A stretch of DNA of 43,701 nucleotides, taken from positions 1-43,701 of the IMG/VR virus record IMGVR_UViG_2571042636_000008; one strand, 5' to 3'. The stretch's first letter is position 1. Each line of letters begins with the position of its first letter. A program made the position numbers and the translations under genes. Positions 17,760-28,454 of this stretch are shown one piece after another. A model generated the notes under the pieces. It was given only the letters and a program-made list of their open reading frames with translations, ran no database searches and was not told where the DNA came from. The DNA is from a virus. Taxonomy: Duplodnaviria; Heunggongvirae; Uroviricota; Caudoviricetes.

Positions 17760-17865
17760 CAGGGTCGCGGGAATCACCCTCGACGCTTTGTTGGTAAATC
17801 AGCCCGACGGCCCTGAACCTTTTACTGACTACAGATAGCACCCCGAACATTATCGGAGGTGAGAG

Positions 17866-18180
17866 ATGCAACGTATGAACCCAACCGATGGTCACAATCT
17901 GCCTTACTGGTGGTCAGCCTTGCTTGGTATCTTTTCCGTCCTGAGTCTGCAGGATTATGTCTTCATCATTGGCGCCCTGATCTCTGCCTTCTTCACAATC
18001 AAGACGTATTACGCAAAGCGCAAGGAAGAGCGAGAGCGACTGGATGAAGAGAAAAAACGCACGCAGCTGTTGGCCAGTTATCTGGCTGATGTCTCCGCAA
18101 AGCCTGGAAGTGACCGCCCGGCTTCAGCCGAAGTGGTAACCGAGGCCTTGAAGCGGATCGCAAGTGATACACAGGGGTGA
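17866..18180 (+). CDS. Holin (pinholin-like, two TM helices)
   Basis: GGAGGTGAGAG RBS; hydrophobic segments [14 protein letters not shown] and [15 protein letters not shown] then charged C-terminus; first gene of lysis cassette, overlaps endolysin start. Confidence 0.65.
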   Translation: MQRMNPTDGHNLPYWWSALLGIFSVLSLQDYVFIIGALISAFFTIKTYYAKRKEERERLDEEKKRTQLLASYLADVSAKPGSDRPASAEVVTEALKRIASDTQG

Positions 18181-18686
18181 GCATGACGCCATCAATGAGG
18201 AATAAACTGATTGGCGTGATCGCCGGCGGCGGTGGCGCCATAGCCATTGCCTCTGCGCTCATCACTGGCCCAACCGGTAACGATGGTCTTGAAGGTGTGC
18301 GATATGTTCCTTATCAGGATGTGGTAGGCGTCTGGACTGTCTGCTATGGCCATACTGGCAAAGACATCATGCTCGGCAAGAAGTACACCGAGGCTGAATG
18401 CCGTGCGCTGCTCAGCAAAGACCTGAACACCGTTGCTCGCCAGATTAATCCTTACATCCAGAAGCCGATCCCCGAGACAATGCGCGGGGCTCTGTACTCG
18501 TTCGCGTATAACGTTGGCGCTGGCAACTTCCAGACCTCCACGCTGCTGCGAAAAATCAACCAGGGCGACCAGAAAGGCGCATGTGACCAGTTGCGCCGCT
18601 GGACCTACGCCAAGGGCAAACAGTGGAAAGGACTGGTAACTCGCCGCGAGATTGAGCGCGAAGTTTGTCTCTGGAGTCAAAAATGA
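18177..18686 (+). CDS. SAR endolysin (T4-type lysozyme fold, GH24-like)
   Basis: Gly/Ala-rich N-terminal signal-anchor-release segment [19 protein letters not shown]; lysozyme-like body from memory of P21 R21. Confidence 0.85.
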   Translation: MSMTPSMRNKLIGVIAGGGGAIAIASALITGPTGNDGLEGVRYVPYQDVVGVWTVCYGHTGKDIMLGKKYTEAECRALLSKDLNTVARQINPYIQKPIPETMRGALYSFAYNVGAGNFQTSTLLRKINQGDQKGACDQLRRWTYAKGKQWKGLVTRREIEREVCLWSQK

Positions 18687-19072
18687 GCCGGTTAACCGCC
18701 ATTATCAGCGCCATTGCGATCTGCCTGGTTGTTTGCCTTGGTTGGCTGGCAATGCATTACCGCAACGCTGCTGCTGAGCAGAAAACCAGAGCCGATAGCG
18801 CTGAGCAGCAGGTAAACGCAGCACAGGCGATCACCTCCAACGTTCTGACCACCATGACCATCTTCAACACCATCGCCGAGGCCAATCAGCATGCAAAAGA
18901 GCAGATCGCACTGGACGCATCGGGAGCCTCGGCTGATATCCGGGTTGCTGTTGCGAATGATGATTGCACTAATCGCACTGTGCCTGCTGGCGCAGTTAAG
19001 CGGCTGCAGCAATACGCGAACGGTCTACGTCAAAGTGCCGGTGGTCCCGTTACCAGCCAGCCTGACGGCTGA
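18683..19072 (+). CDS. Rz-like inner-membrane spanin (i-spanin)
   Basis: N-terminal TM helix [20 protein letters not shown], coiled-coil periplasmic domain; ATGA overlap with endolysin stop. Confidence 0.7.
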   Translation: MSRLTAIISAIAICLVVCLGWLAMHYRNAAAEQKTRADSAEQQVNAAQAITSNVLTTMTIFNTIAEANQHAKEQIALDASGASADIRVAVANDDCTNRTVPAGAVKRLQQYANGLRQSAGGPVTSQPDG

Positions 19073-19208
19073 CACCCCGCAACCGGAAATCCCCGACAAC
19101 CTGACGTGGGGCCAGAGCCTGGATTTAAACGTCAGTCTGCTATCAGCGCTTGGCCAGTGCAACAGGGATAAGGCCGATATCAGGCAAGCAGAATCAAAAC
19201 GTCAGTAG
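18957..19208 (+). CDS. Rz1-like outer-membrane lipoprotein spanin (o-spanin), +1 frame overlapping the Rz 3' end
   Basis: Lipobox LAQLSGC, Pro-rich mature region [19 protein letters not shown]; starts inside Rz and extends past its stop. Confidence 0.6.
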   Translation: MMIALIALCLLAQLSGCSNTRTVYVKVPVVPLPASLTADTPQPEIPDNLTWGQSLDLNVSLLSALGQCNRDKADIRQAESKRQ

Positions 19209-19265
19209 GGCATTACAGAGCCACTTCCAGAGGTGGCTCGATAATGTCAAGGCGAGGACAAAATT

Positions 19266-20042
19266 ATGGCAAAACCGGACTGGGAGGCCATCGAATCGGC
19301 ATACCTGGCCGGAGTCCTTAGTCTCCGTGATATAGGCGATAAATACGGTGTTACTGAAGGGGCTATCAGGAAGAGGGCTAAAAAGTTTGACTGGGTACGC
19401 AATAGCGGTACGCAGGTACGCAAAAATGGTACGCAAAGTGGTACGCAAAAGAGTAAGGCGCGTACCAGCGAAAAGCCTGCCAGCGCTGGCCGCACGCAAA
19501 AAAGTACGCAACCAAAAGCCGAGTCTCCACCAGATACGAAACCGATACGCGGGGTGCGTACCGATCCGCCGACCAACCCATTCCAACCCGGCAACCAGCA
19601 GGCGTTAAAGCATGGTGGTTACGCCCGGCGCCTTCTGCTCAAAGATGAGGTCATTGAAGACGCGAAAGCGTTGACACTCGAAGACGAATTATTTCGCCTT
19701 CGGGCTAACAACCTCGTCGCGGCAGAGAATATTGGCCGGTGGCTGACCAAGCTGGAAGATGCTGAAGGGGACCAGGAAAGAGAGGTGCTGATGGAAAATA
19801 TCAGCGCCGCCGAGAAGGCGATGATGCGCAATACCGTTCGTATTGAGTCCATCGTTGGGACGCTTGCGACGGTAGGCAAAATATTTGCTGATACAGACTA
19901 TCGCAAGGCTGCTACTGATAAGGTGTCGCTGGAGGCCGATCGTCTTCGCCGTGATGCAGGTATTGATGATGGCAACGGAGAGCGTGACCTCAATGACTTC
20001 TACTCTGACATCCAAACCGACGCTGAATCCGGTCCTGCGTAG
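19266..20042 (+). CDS. Terminase small subunit
   Basis: N-terminal HTH-like region LSLRDIGDKYGVTEGAIRKRAKKFDW; immediately upstream of TerL; contains tandem GGTACGCAA repeats. Confidence 0.6.
   Translation: MAKPDWEAIESAYLAGVLSLRDIGDKYGVTEGAIRKRAKKFDWVRNSGTQVRKNGTQSGTQKSKARTSEKPASAGRTQKSTQPKAESPPDTKPIRGVRTDPPTNPFQPGNQQALKHGGYARRLLLKDEVIEDAKALTLEDELFRLRANNLVAAENIGRWLTKLEDAEGDQEREVLMENISAAEKAMMRNTVRIESIVGTLATVGKIFADTDYRKAATDKVSLEADRLRRDAGIDDGNGERDLNDFYSDIQTDAESGPA
19394..19511. repeat. Seven tandem copies of (G)GTACGCA(A) inside terS, candidate pac/terminase recognition site
   Basis: Copies at 19394, 19407, 19415, 19428, 19440, 19492, 19503; encode GTQ tripeptide repeats. Confidence 0.6.
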
Positions 20043-21393
20043 CTTCTGGACGACGCAGGCGCGTAACAAAGTGCTTTATGGTGGCCGGTCATCGTCAAAA
20101 TCATGGGATGCCGCTGGCATCGCCATATTTCTGTCGAATAAATACAGCCTGCGCTTTTGCTGTGCACGTCAGATCCAGAACAAAATTGAAGAGTCGGTGT
20201 ATACCCTGCTCAAAATTCAGATTGACCGCTTTGGCCTGCGGCATCGTTTCCGCATTCTGAACAACAAAATCATTAACCGGGTGACCGGGTCTGAATTCGT
20301 GTTTTATGGGCTCTGGCGTAACATTGAAGAGATTAAGTCTCTGGAAGGTATCGACGTTCTGTGGCTTGAAGAGGCCCACGCGCTGACGGAATACCAGTGG
20401 AAGATACTGGAGCCTACCATCCGTAAAGAGGGCTCAGAGTGCTGGTTTATCTTTAACCCTGGACTGGTGACTGATTTCGTGTGGCGTAACTTTGTGGTCG
20501 ATCCGCCAGAAGATACGCTGATACGCAAAATCAACTACGATGAAAACCCATTTTTGTCCGACACCATGCTGAAGGTTATCGAGGCCGCTAAGCGTCGGGA
20601 TCCGGATGGGTTTAAGCATGTCTACGAAGGCGTGCCAGAGTCGGATGATGATGCGGCCATTATCAAGCTGTCATGGATTGAGGCGGCCGTTGATGCCCAT
20701 AAAGTCCTTAATTTCGAGCCGAGCGGGCGCAAGCGTATTGGCTTCGACGTTGCTGATAGCGGCGCCGATAAGTGCGCTAACGTCTATCGTCACGGCTCCG
20801 TCGTGTACTGGGCGGATGAGTGGAAGGCGAAAGAAGACGAATTGCTGAAGAGCTGCCAGCGTACGTATCAGGCAGCACTGGAGCGCGATGCTGATATCGT
20901 CTACGACTCAATCGGCGTTGGGGCATCTGCTGGCGCGAAATTCTCAGAAATTAATGAGGATCGTAAGCGCGAAAACATGAACGCATCCCGCATCAACTAT
21001 CAGCGTTTCAACGCTGGCGCTGGTGTGAATGAGCCGGACTACGAATACATTGGCATCCCGAACAAAGATTTTTTCGCCAACCTCAAAGCGCAAGCCTGGT
21101 GGTTGGTAGCGGATCGCTTCCGTAACACCTTCAACGCGGTAAAGAACGGCGAGCAGTACCCGGTAGATGAGTTGATTAGTATTGACTCATCCTGTCCGCT
21201 GCTGGAAAAGCTCAAGCTGGAACTTACCACGCCGCACCGTGATTTTGACAAAAACGGGCGCGTGATGGTGGAAAGCAAGAAAGACCTCGCCAAGCGTGAC
21301 GTACCATCGCCGAACGTGGCCGACGCGTTCATCATGGCGTTTGCTCCAACCGATACGGCAATGGATATCTGGGAAGCGCTGGGAAACAGCTAA
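19993..21393 (+). CDS. Terminase large subunit
   Basis: Walker A-like GGRSSSKS, nuclease-domain acidic motifs; start ATG 19993 chosen (alternatives 19885/19963), overlapping terS. Confidence 0.85.
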   Translation: MTSTLTSKPTLNPVLRSFWTTQARNKVLYGGRSSSKSWDAAGIAIFLSNKYSLRFCCARQIQNKIEESVYTLLKIQIDRFGLRHRFRILNNKIINRVTGSEFVFYGLWRNIEEIKSLEGIDVLWLEEAHALTEYQWKILEPTIRKEGSECWFIFNPGLVTDFVWRNFVVDPPEDTLIRKINYDENPFLSDTMLKVIEAAKRRDPDGFKHVYEGVPESDDDAAIIKLSWIEAAVDAHKVLNFEPSGRKRIGFDVADSGADKCANVYRHGSVVYWADEWKAKEDELLKSCQRTYQAALERDADIVYDSIGVGASAGAKFSEINEDRKRENMNASRINYQRFNAGAGVNEPDYEYIGIPNKDFFANLKAQAWWLVADRFRNTFNAVKNGEQYPVDELISIDSSCPLLEKLKLELTTPHRDFDKNGRVMVESKKDLAKRDVPSPNVADAFIMAFAPTDTAMDIWEALGNS

Positions 21394-21630
21394 ATACCTG
21401 GAAATAACCGTTTCACGCAAAATTCACGCTATTCATTTTTCGACCCTGTTTATGCATGTTTTATTCACGCGCTTTTAGCCACTTAACCCCGATAAATAAG
21501 CCTTTGGCGGACATTTCATCATGGGAGGGATCCGGCTGGTGCGGGTAACAGTCATTATGTTAAGTCGGGTCGTTTTTTAACAAATTATCCTATCCGCCAC
21601 GAGTACCGAAAAAGCCGGAGAATAGTCACC

Positions 21631-23082
21631 ATGGCGAAGAAAACAGGACGAGTCGCCACGGCGGATTCGTACGATAACTTTGTTGCCCGTGTCGGAATGC
21701 AGCAGCCTAACCAGCATGCCGCATCAACCTACAGGGCGAACTATACCAGCCGCAACCGCCTGCTCATCGAGTGGGCTTATCGTTCCTCCTGGATTATTGG
21801 TGCCGCAGTCGATTCGAAAGCGGACGATATGACCAAAAAGGGCGTGCGGATCACCAGTGAGATTGACCCGAAACGTCGTGGCATTCTGGAATCACGGTTC
21901 GATGAGCTTCAGCTTTGGGATTGCATCAACGAGACGCTGAAATGGTCCCGGCTGTATGGCGGGGCGGTGGCGCTGATTCTGATTGAAGGTCAGGCACCGC
22001 TGACGCCGCTGGTGCTGGATAAGGTTGGCAAGGGCAGCTTTAAAGGTCTGGCTGTACTTGACCGCTGGATGATTAACCCACAGCTCACCAGGCGAATTAA
22101 GGCGCTTGGCCCCAATCTCGGCAAGCCAGAATTCTATGACATCGTGACGACGGCGCAGGGGCTTCCTGCGTGGACCGTTCACCACAGCCGACTGATTCGC
22201 ATGGATGGTGTGAAACTGCCCTACCAGCAGAAAATCACCGAAAACGAGTGGGGCATGTCCATTGTCGAGCGCATCTTCGATCGCCTGACTTCCTACGATA
22301 GCACCAGCGTTGGCGCCGCCCAGCTTGCCTACAAGGCACATCTGCGAACGGCAAAGATTAAAAAGCTGCGTGAAATTATCGCCATGGGCGGTAAACCATT
22401 CGAAGCGCTGGTTAAACAAATGGAGTTAGTTCGCCAGTACCAGACGAACGAGGGTATGTCCCTGTTTGATTCGGAGGACGAATTTGAAACACATTCCTAT
22501 TCTTTCGCGGGCCTGTCTGACCTGCTTAGCGAGTTTAAAGAGGATATCGCGGGTGCTGTTGGCATTCCTCTTGTCCGTCTGTTCCGCCAGTCACCGAAGG
22601 GTTTTTCAACCGGTGACGCTGACCTCGCGAACTACTACGACGACGTTGGAACGCTTCAGGAGCGAGATTTACGGCCTCACATCCGCCTGTTATTCGATGT
22701 ACTGCATCGCTCAGAGTTTGGCGAGCCGTTGCCGCAAGATTTCACCTTTGAGTTTAACCCCCTGTGGCAGATGAGCGACACCGATCGCTCCACGGTGGCA
22801 ACCAACACAACTACCGCTCTTGCAACCGCGGTGCGTGATTTGGGCATGTCGCCGGCTGCTGCTCTGACTGATTTGCGCGAGCTGTCTGACGTTACCGGCA
22901 TCGGTGCTTCAATTAGCGATGAGGATATCCAGAATGCGGCGAAACAGTGGCAGGAGACTGAATCTGAAACCAGCCCTCCGCCGCCGATCGGAGGTCCAGT
23001 ATCAGAAAAGCCTACTGGCGATAGTCGACCAGATAAATCAAATCGTCACGGGTTCCTACGATGGTTCACAGGCAAGCGCTGA
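21631..23082 (+). CDS. Portal protein
   Basis: 483-aa ORF after TerL with CCGGAG RBS; portal position and size; family (DUF1073-like) from memory. Confidence 0.75.
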   Translation: MAKKTGRVATADSYDNFVARVGMQQPNQHAASTYRANYTSRNRLLIEWAYRSSWIIGAAVDSKADDMTKKGVRITSEIDPKRRGILESRFDELQLWDCINETLKWSRLYGGAVALILIEGQAPLTPLVLDKVGKGSFKGLAVLDRWMINPQLTRRIKALGPNLGKPEFYDIVTTAQGLPAWTVHHSRLIRMDGVKLPYQQKITENEWGMSIVERIFDRLTSYDSTSVGAAQLAYKAHLRTAKIKKLREIIAMGGKPFEALVKQMELVRQYQTNEGMSLFDSEDEFETHSYSFAGLSDLLSEFKEDIAGAVGIPLVRLFRQSPKGFSTGDADLANYYDDVGTLQERDLRPHIRLLFDVLHRSEFGEPLPQDFTFEFNPLWQMSDTDRSTVATNTTTALATAVRDLGMSPAAALTDLRELSDVTGIGASISDEDIQNAAKQWQETESETSPPPPIGGPVSEKPTGDSRPDKSNRHGFLRWFTGKR

Positions 23083-23686
23083 GAGCATTGCTAAATCGCT
23101 TGTTGACTACTCCGGGGTGATCGACGACTGGGCCGAAATGGTCGGTCGAAAGATGTTTGCCCAGGTGGAGCGTGAAGAGTGGAATCAGTGGCGCTCTGTT
23201 TCGGAAGAAATATCCGCTGGTCTGCGTGACGTGATTAGTAACACTCCTGTCGGCATGGTGGCACAAGACACCGTTTACCGGCAGATTCGCTATATGAAAT
23301 CTCTGCCATTAGAGGCGGCCGGACGTGTCAGGGAGATTCAGGAGCGTGCGATAAAGGCTGTCATCCATGGTGAGCGTCCAGATCAGCTTTACGAGATGAT
23401 CATGCAATCCGGTGACGTGGCGGCCAGCAGGGCGCGGATGATAGCCCGCACTGAGATAGGCCGCGCCACTACCGCATTAACTCAGGCTCGGGCACTGTCA
23501 GTTGGTTCTGAGGGGTACTGGTGGCGCATCAAGGGGGCTGGTACCAGGCCATCGCACCGAGGAATGAAAGATAAATTTGTGCGCTGGGATAACCCGCCAA
23601 CGCTTGACGGCATGACCGGACACGCCGGATGCCTGCCGAACTGCGATTGCTGGCCAGAAGTGCAGATCCCTGAGTTTAGAAAATAA
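22904..23686 (+). CDS. MuF-like head morphogenesis (minor head) protein; start uncertain
   Basis: Phage_Mu_F-like C-terminus ...YWWRIKGAGTRPSHRGMKDKFVRWDNPPTLDGMTGHAGCLPNCDCWPEVQIP; the track ORF starts at GTG 22904, overlapping the portal by 179 nt; true start could be 22919/22934 or later. Confidence 0.65.
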   Translation: MLQLAMRISRMRRNSGRRLNLKPALRRRSEVQYQKSLLAIVDQINQIVTGSYDGSQASAESIAKSLVDYSGVIDDWAEMVGRKMFAQVEREEWNQWRSVSEEISAGLRDVISNTPVGMVAQDTVYRQIRYMKSLPLEAAGRVREIQERAIKAVIHGERPDQLYEMIMQSGDVAASRARMIARTEIGRATTALTQARALSVGSEGYWWRIKGAGTRPSHRGMKDKFVRWDNPPTLDGMTGHAGCLPNCDCWPEVQIPEFRK

Positions 23687-23724
23687 TGCATAATGCATTA
23701 GTAACAACTCGATAGGGATAGCAA

Positions 23725-24147
23725 ATGAAGCAAAACATACATAAGCTTAACGGGTTAGAATTCACCCATGAACGCGATTTTATCAACGGGCAATGGGTAT
23801 ATTCTTGGTATTTTAGACCCCTAGAGCAATCTGAATGGTGCCCATTCTCGCTGCCAACGGGGAAAACAAGAAAATCTGATATTGAGAATTTCTTAAAAAA
23901 TTGTGAAGAAGCTACCAAGTTCTATTTAGAGTGGTTAAGAAATGCCTCTGATGTGGAAGGTGCTGAACGCTATTTATTATCCGCAAAACAAGCTTGGGAA
24001 AGGATATCTAGCCCGGACTGGGGAGGGCGTGGAAGTAATCCAAACAAGGATGCCAGGAGGGTGCAACAAGCAAGAGAAACTCTCGAATCGGCAAAAGTAA
24101 AGCTTGAGAAAGCCAAGATATTACGAGAAAGATTAAATAGTAACTAA
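23725..24147 (+). CDS. Moron-encoded hypothetical protein (AT-rich insert between head genes)
   Basis: 140 aa; AGGGATAGCA RBS; visibly lower GC than flanks; own terminator downstream; Trp-rich N-terminus, basic helical C-terminus. Confidence 0.55.
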   Translation: MKQNIHKLNGLEFTHERDFINGQWVYSWYFRPLEQSEWCPFSLPTGKTRKSDIENFLKNCEEATKFYLEWLRNASDVEGAERYLLSAKQAWERISSPDWGGRGSNPNKDARRVQQARETLESAKVKLEKAKILRERLNSN

Positions 24148-24153
24148 CAACGA

Positions 24154-24179
24154 GGCCGCTATTCAGCGGCCTTTTCTTT
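24154..24179 (+). terminator. Rho-independent terminator after the moron gene
   Basis: GGCCGCT-attc-AGCGGCC followed by TTTTCTTT. Confidence 0.55.
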
Positions 24180-24202
24180 GCCCGCAATTCAGCAGGTAAT
24201 CC

Positions 24203-25405
24203 ATGAAATATTTCTTTAAAACCCGCCTGGGTAATACCCGCTTTCAACTTGCTGATGGGTCAGTCCTGTTTAAGGACGTCCCGATCGCAAGGACTGGTGA
24301 GCAGGAGTACGACGCCACAGAGCGGCCTGAGCTTGTCCCAAACGACAGAGGGAAAGTCATCGTACGCCGGATGCCAGAAGAGGTGTTCAGCGAGCGAGCC
24401 ATGGCGTCATTCGAAGGCATGGCAGTTACTATCGGCCATCCGCGAGATTTTGACGGGCAGATCATCTTTGTTACCCCTGACAACTGGCGCCAGCTGGCTC
24501 ACGGGCACATCCAGAACGTACGACGTGGCACGGACGATAAAACCGATCTGCTGATGGCTGATGTCATCGTTAAAACCCCGGAAGCCCTGCAGGCCATTGA
24601 TGATGGTGATGATGAGGTCAGCTGCGGGTACGACGCCGATTACGAACAAATTTCACCTGGTCTCGCAAAGCAATCTGCGATTACCGCTAACCATCTGGCC
24701 CTTGTCCCTAACGGGCGGGCCGGTTTCCGTTGTGCAATAGGGGATTCTATGCCAAGCACTACTAAAAACTGGTTTACCCGGCTCCTGAAGGCCCGTAAAA
24801 CCGGGGACGCTGCCGAAATGGCAAGTCTCATTGATAACCCGCCTGATGATGTCACGGGCGATAACGACGTATCGACCTCTATGACACCTGGCGGAGTGGT
24901 CATCAACCTTGCGCCGCAAAATCCGCTTCCCGGCCCGGCATTGCCTGGTACCGGCGATGCCGAGGAAGAAATTCCTGCATGGGGTAAGGCGCTGATTGAG
25001 GCGGTGGCCAAACTCACGCCTGCGGCAACTGCTCCTGGAACCGGCGATGCCGAGGACGAAGAGGAGAAAAAGGAAGAAGAGGGTAAGGTTACCGGCGACG
25101 CCGCTTACCGTGCCGATCTGATTCAGCCAGGCATCCAGTTGCCAGAGAAGGCGAAGCCGACAGCATTCAAGCGTCAGGTGCTCGCCTCTGCCGATCAATC
25201 TCTGGTGCGCTCTATTGTCGGTGATGCCGATATCAGCAAGCTGAAAAAAGCCACGGTAGATATGGCTTTCACGGCTGTTTCTGAGCTGGCGAAAAACCGC
25301 AATACCAAAACCGTCGACAGCCTGCAAACGCAGACTGCCACCACTGTTAAAACCATTGCCGGTATGAATCAGGCCGCGCAGGAATTCTGGTCTAAACGAG
25401 GCTAA
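24203..25405 (+). CDS. Head scaffolding/prohead-maturation protein (DUF2213-like N-terminus, acidic repeat C-terminus)
   Basis: 400 aa; acidic repeats PGTGDAEEE.../[17 protein letters not shown] typical of scaffolds; sits between MuF and capsid genes. Confidence 0.55.
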   Translation: MKYFFKTRLGNTRFQLADGSVLFKDVPIARTGEQEYDATERPELVPNDRGKVIVRRMPEEVFSERAMASFEGMAVTIGHPRDFDGQIIFVTPDNWRQLAHGHIQNVRRGTDDKTDLLMADVIVKTPEALQAIDDGDDEVSCGYDADYEQISPGLAKQSAITANHLALVPNGRAGFRCAIGDSMPSTTKNWFTRLLKARKTGDAAEMASLIDNPPDDVTGDNDVSTSMTPGGVVINLAPQNPLPGPALPGTGDAEEEIPAWGKALIEAVAKLTPAATAPGTGDAEDEEEKKEEEGKVTGDAAYRADLIQPGIQLPEKAKPTAFKRQVLASADQSLVRSIVGDADISKLKKATVDMAFTAVSELAKNRNTKTVDSLQTQTATTVKTIAGMNQAAQEFWSKRG

Positions 25406-25408
25406 CCA

Positions 25409-25903
25409 ATGGGTAATACATTTCTTTACCGGATGCCAGCGGGCATCGCCGGGGCAATTTCTCGTCCGCAGGATCTGACGGTTGAACCTCAACTGCTGGA
25501 CTCCTCCAACCTTTTCCCCGCTTACGGCCTTGGCGGCAAGATTTCCTCCGGGAAATTTGTGCCAATCGCTGCGAGCGATACAGCGTCGGAGCTGGTGGGC
25601 ATTTATGTTCGTCCGTATCCGACCGCCAGCCAGCCGGATAAAGTCCAGCAGGTAGGCAGCGGTAAAAACTTCACCGGCGATTGCCTGGTACGTGGTTACG
25701 TCACGGTAAACATCGGCGCGGATGCATCAAGCGTTGCTCTGCATGGCCCGGTCTACATGCGAGTGGCCACACCATCCGCCTCAAGCCCTCTCGGCGCGTT
25801 CCTTGCCGCCGCTGATGGCTCGAATACCGTCCAGATCACTAACGCTTACTTCAATGGCCCTGGCGACACCAGCGGCAACATTGAGCTGGCCTTCAATATT
25901 TAA
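25409..25903 (+). CDS. Head structural protein (decoration or auxiliary capsid protein)
   Basis: 164-aa ORF directly upstream of major capsid gene, AACGAGG RBS. Confidence 0.5.
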   Translation: MGNTFLYRMPAGIAGAISRPQDLTVEPQLLDSSNLFPAYGLGGKISSGKFVPIAASDTASELVGIYVRPYPTASQPDKVQQVGSGKNFTGDCLVRGYVTVNIGADASSVALHGPVYMRVATPSASSPLGAFLAAADGSNTVQITNAYFNGPGDTSGNIELAFNI

Positions 25904-25914
25904 GGAAATCGCAA

Positions 25915-26856
25915 ATGCCAATGACATTTGACCAGGCGACAGTCGACGGCACTGGTGCCTTTCTTGTCCATGAGCTGGAGCGTCTCGATCAGACACTGAA
26001 TCTGCCGCTGGTGAATTTCACCTGGTCGCGCGATATCCAGTTGCGTGAAGACGTGTCTATTGCTGATGAGATCAGCTCGTTCACTAACACCACTTTTGCT
26101 GCTGCCGGTACGCCGAATGCTAACGGTAAAAACTGGCTTAGCAAAGCCGCGACCGCGATGGCTGGCCTTAACGTCGACATCGCAAAAACTGGCTTCCCGC
26201 TCACACTGTGGGGTATGGAGCTTGGCTGGACCGTTCCTGAATTGCAGGCAGCTGCGCAGGTTGGTCGCCCGATCGACACGCAGAAGTACGACGGCATGCA
26301 GCTGAAGTGGAACATGGACACGGACGAGCAGGTTTATATCGGCGATTCCGGTCTGAACGTTAAAGGCCTGCTGAACCTGACGCAGGTAACGCCGACCAAC
26401 GCCGCGAAGACCTGGGCGACCTCCACCGCTGACGAAATCCGGGCGAGCATTAATGCCGGGTTGAGTGCTGCGTGGGCCAACTCAGCTTACTCCATGGTAC
26501 CGACGGACCTGTTGATCCCGCCGGAGCAGTTCTCTCTGCTGGCAAGCACCATCGTATCCAGCGCTGGTAACCAGTCCCTGCTGACCTATCTGGAAACCAA
26601 CACCATCGCATACCACCAGAACGGGCGTCCTCTGAACATCCGTCCGGTGAAATGGGCGAAAGGTCGTGGCGTGTCGAACTCTGATCGCATGATGTTCTAC
26701 ACCAACGACAAGAAATACGTTCGCTTCCCGATGGTTCCGCTGATGAGCGTGCCGATCCAGTATCGCGGCCTGTATCAGCTCGTAACCTATTACGGCAAGC
26801 TGGGTGCAGTAGAGCCGGTTTATCCGGAAACTCTGGCCTACGTCGACGGCATCTAA
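25915..26856 (+). CDS. Major capsid protein
   Basis: 313 aa, AAGGAAA RBS, followed by strong hairpin; position and size; family (DUF2184-like) from memory. Confidence 0.7.
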   Translation: MPMTFDQATVDGTGAFLVHELERLDQTLNLPLVNFTWSRDIQLREDVSIADEISSFTNTTFAAAGTPNANGKNWLSKAATAMAGLNVDIAKTGFPLTLWGMELGWTVPELQAAAQVGRPIDTQKYDGMQLKWNMDTDEQVYIGDSGLNVKGLLNLTQVTPTNAAKTWATSTADEIRASINAGLSAAWANSAYSMVPTDLLIPPEQFSLLASTIVSSAGNQSLLTYLETNTIAYHQNGRPLNIRPVKWAKGRGVSNSDRMMFYTNDKKYVRFPMVPLMSVPIQYRGLYQLVTYYGKLGAVEPVYPETLAYVDGI

Positions 26857-26862
26857 CCTGCG

Positions 26863-26880
26863 GCGGCCCGAAAGGGCCGC
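26863..26880 (+). other. GC-rich hairpin with GAAA tetraloop after the capsid gene (RNA stability element or partial terminator)
   Basis: GCGGCCC-GAAA-GGGCCGC, no T-tract. Confidence 0.4.
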
Positions 26881-26886
26881 TCATGA

Positions 26887-28067
<1,181 letters not shown>

Positions 28068-28068
<1 letters not shown>

Positions 28069-28454
28069 TGCCGTTTCTCGATGTGACGGATGTTCTGCTT
28101 GATCCGGACTTTGTCGACCTGTCTCTGGTGTGTTATCGACAGGTGCAGACAGTGGACGAAGATAATTTTCCAACCAATACCGTGCAGGCTATTCCGTTCT
28201 CTGGTGTCGTAACCGTCGACCGTTCACTGGAAGCGAAGCGTATGGCCGCCGGACAGAACATCAACGGGGCCATTCTCATCGTGACGCAGTTCAGGCTGAC
28301 TCAGGGGCAACCCGGATTAGATGCCGATATCGTAACCTACCGCGGGCGAGATTATCGTGTGACGTTTGTCGACCCGTATACGGCGTACGGTGCCGGGTTC
28401 GTTCAGGCGCATTGCGAGCTTCTGGAATTCGACGGGGGAACGCCAATTGAGTAA
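28068..28454 (+). CDS. Head-tail joining/head closure-like protein
   Basis: 128-aa ORF, TAATG overlap. Confidence 0.5.

Noticed and set aside
17647-17838. 63-aa ORF between tRNA-Arg and the holin
   Set aside because: TTG start without RBS, and a strong intrinsic terminator hairpin (17731-17759) lies inside it
17597-17865. Possible toxin (Stx-like) locus between tRNAs and lysis genes
   Set aside because: Only about 270 bp separate tRNA-Arg from the holin; no toxin-sized ORF present
24653-25492. 279-aa minus-strand ORF opposite the scaffold gene
   Set aside because: Antisense shadow ORF within the structural operon
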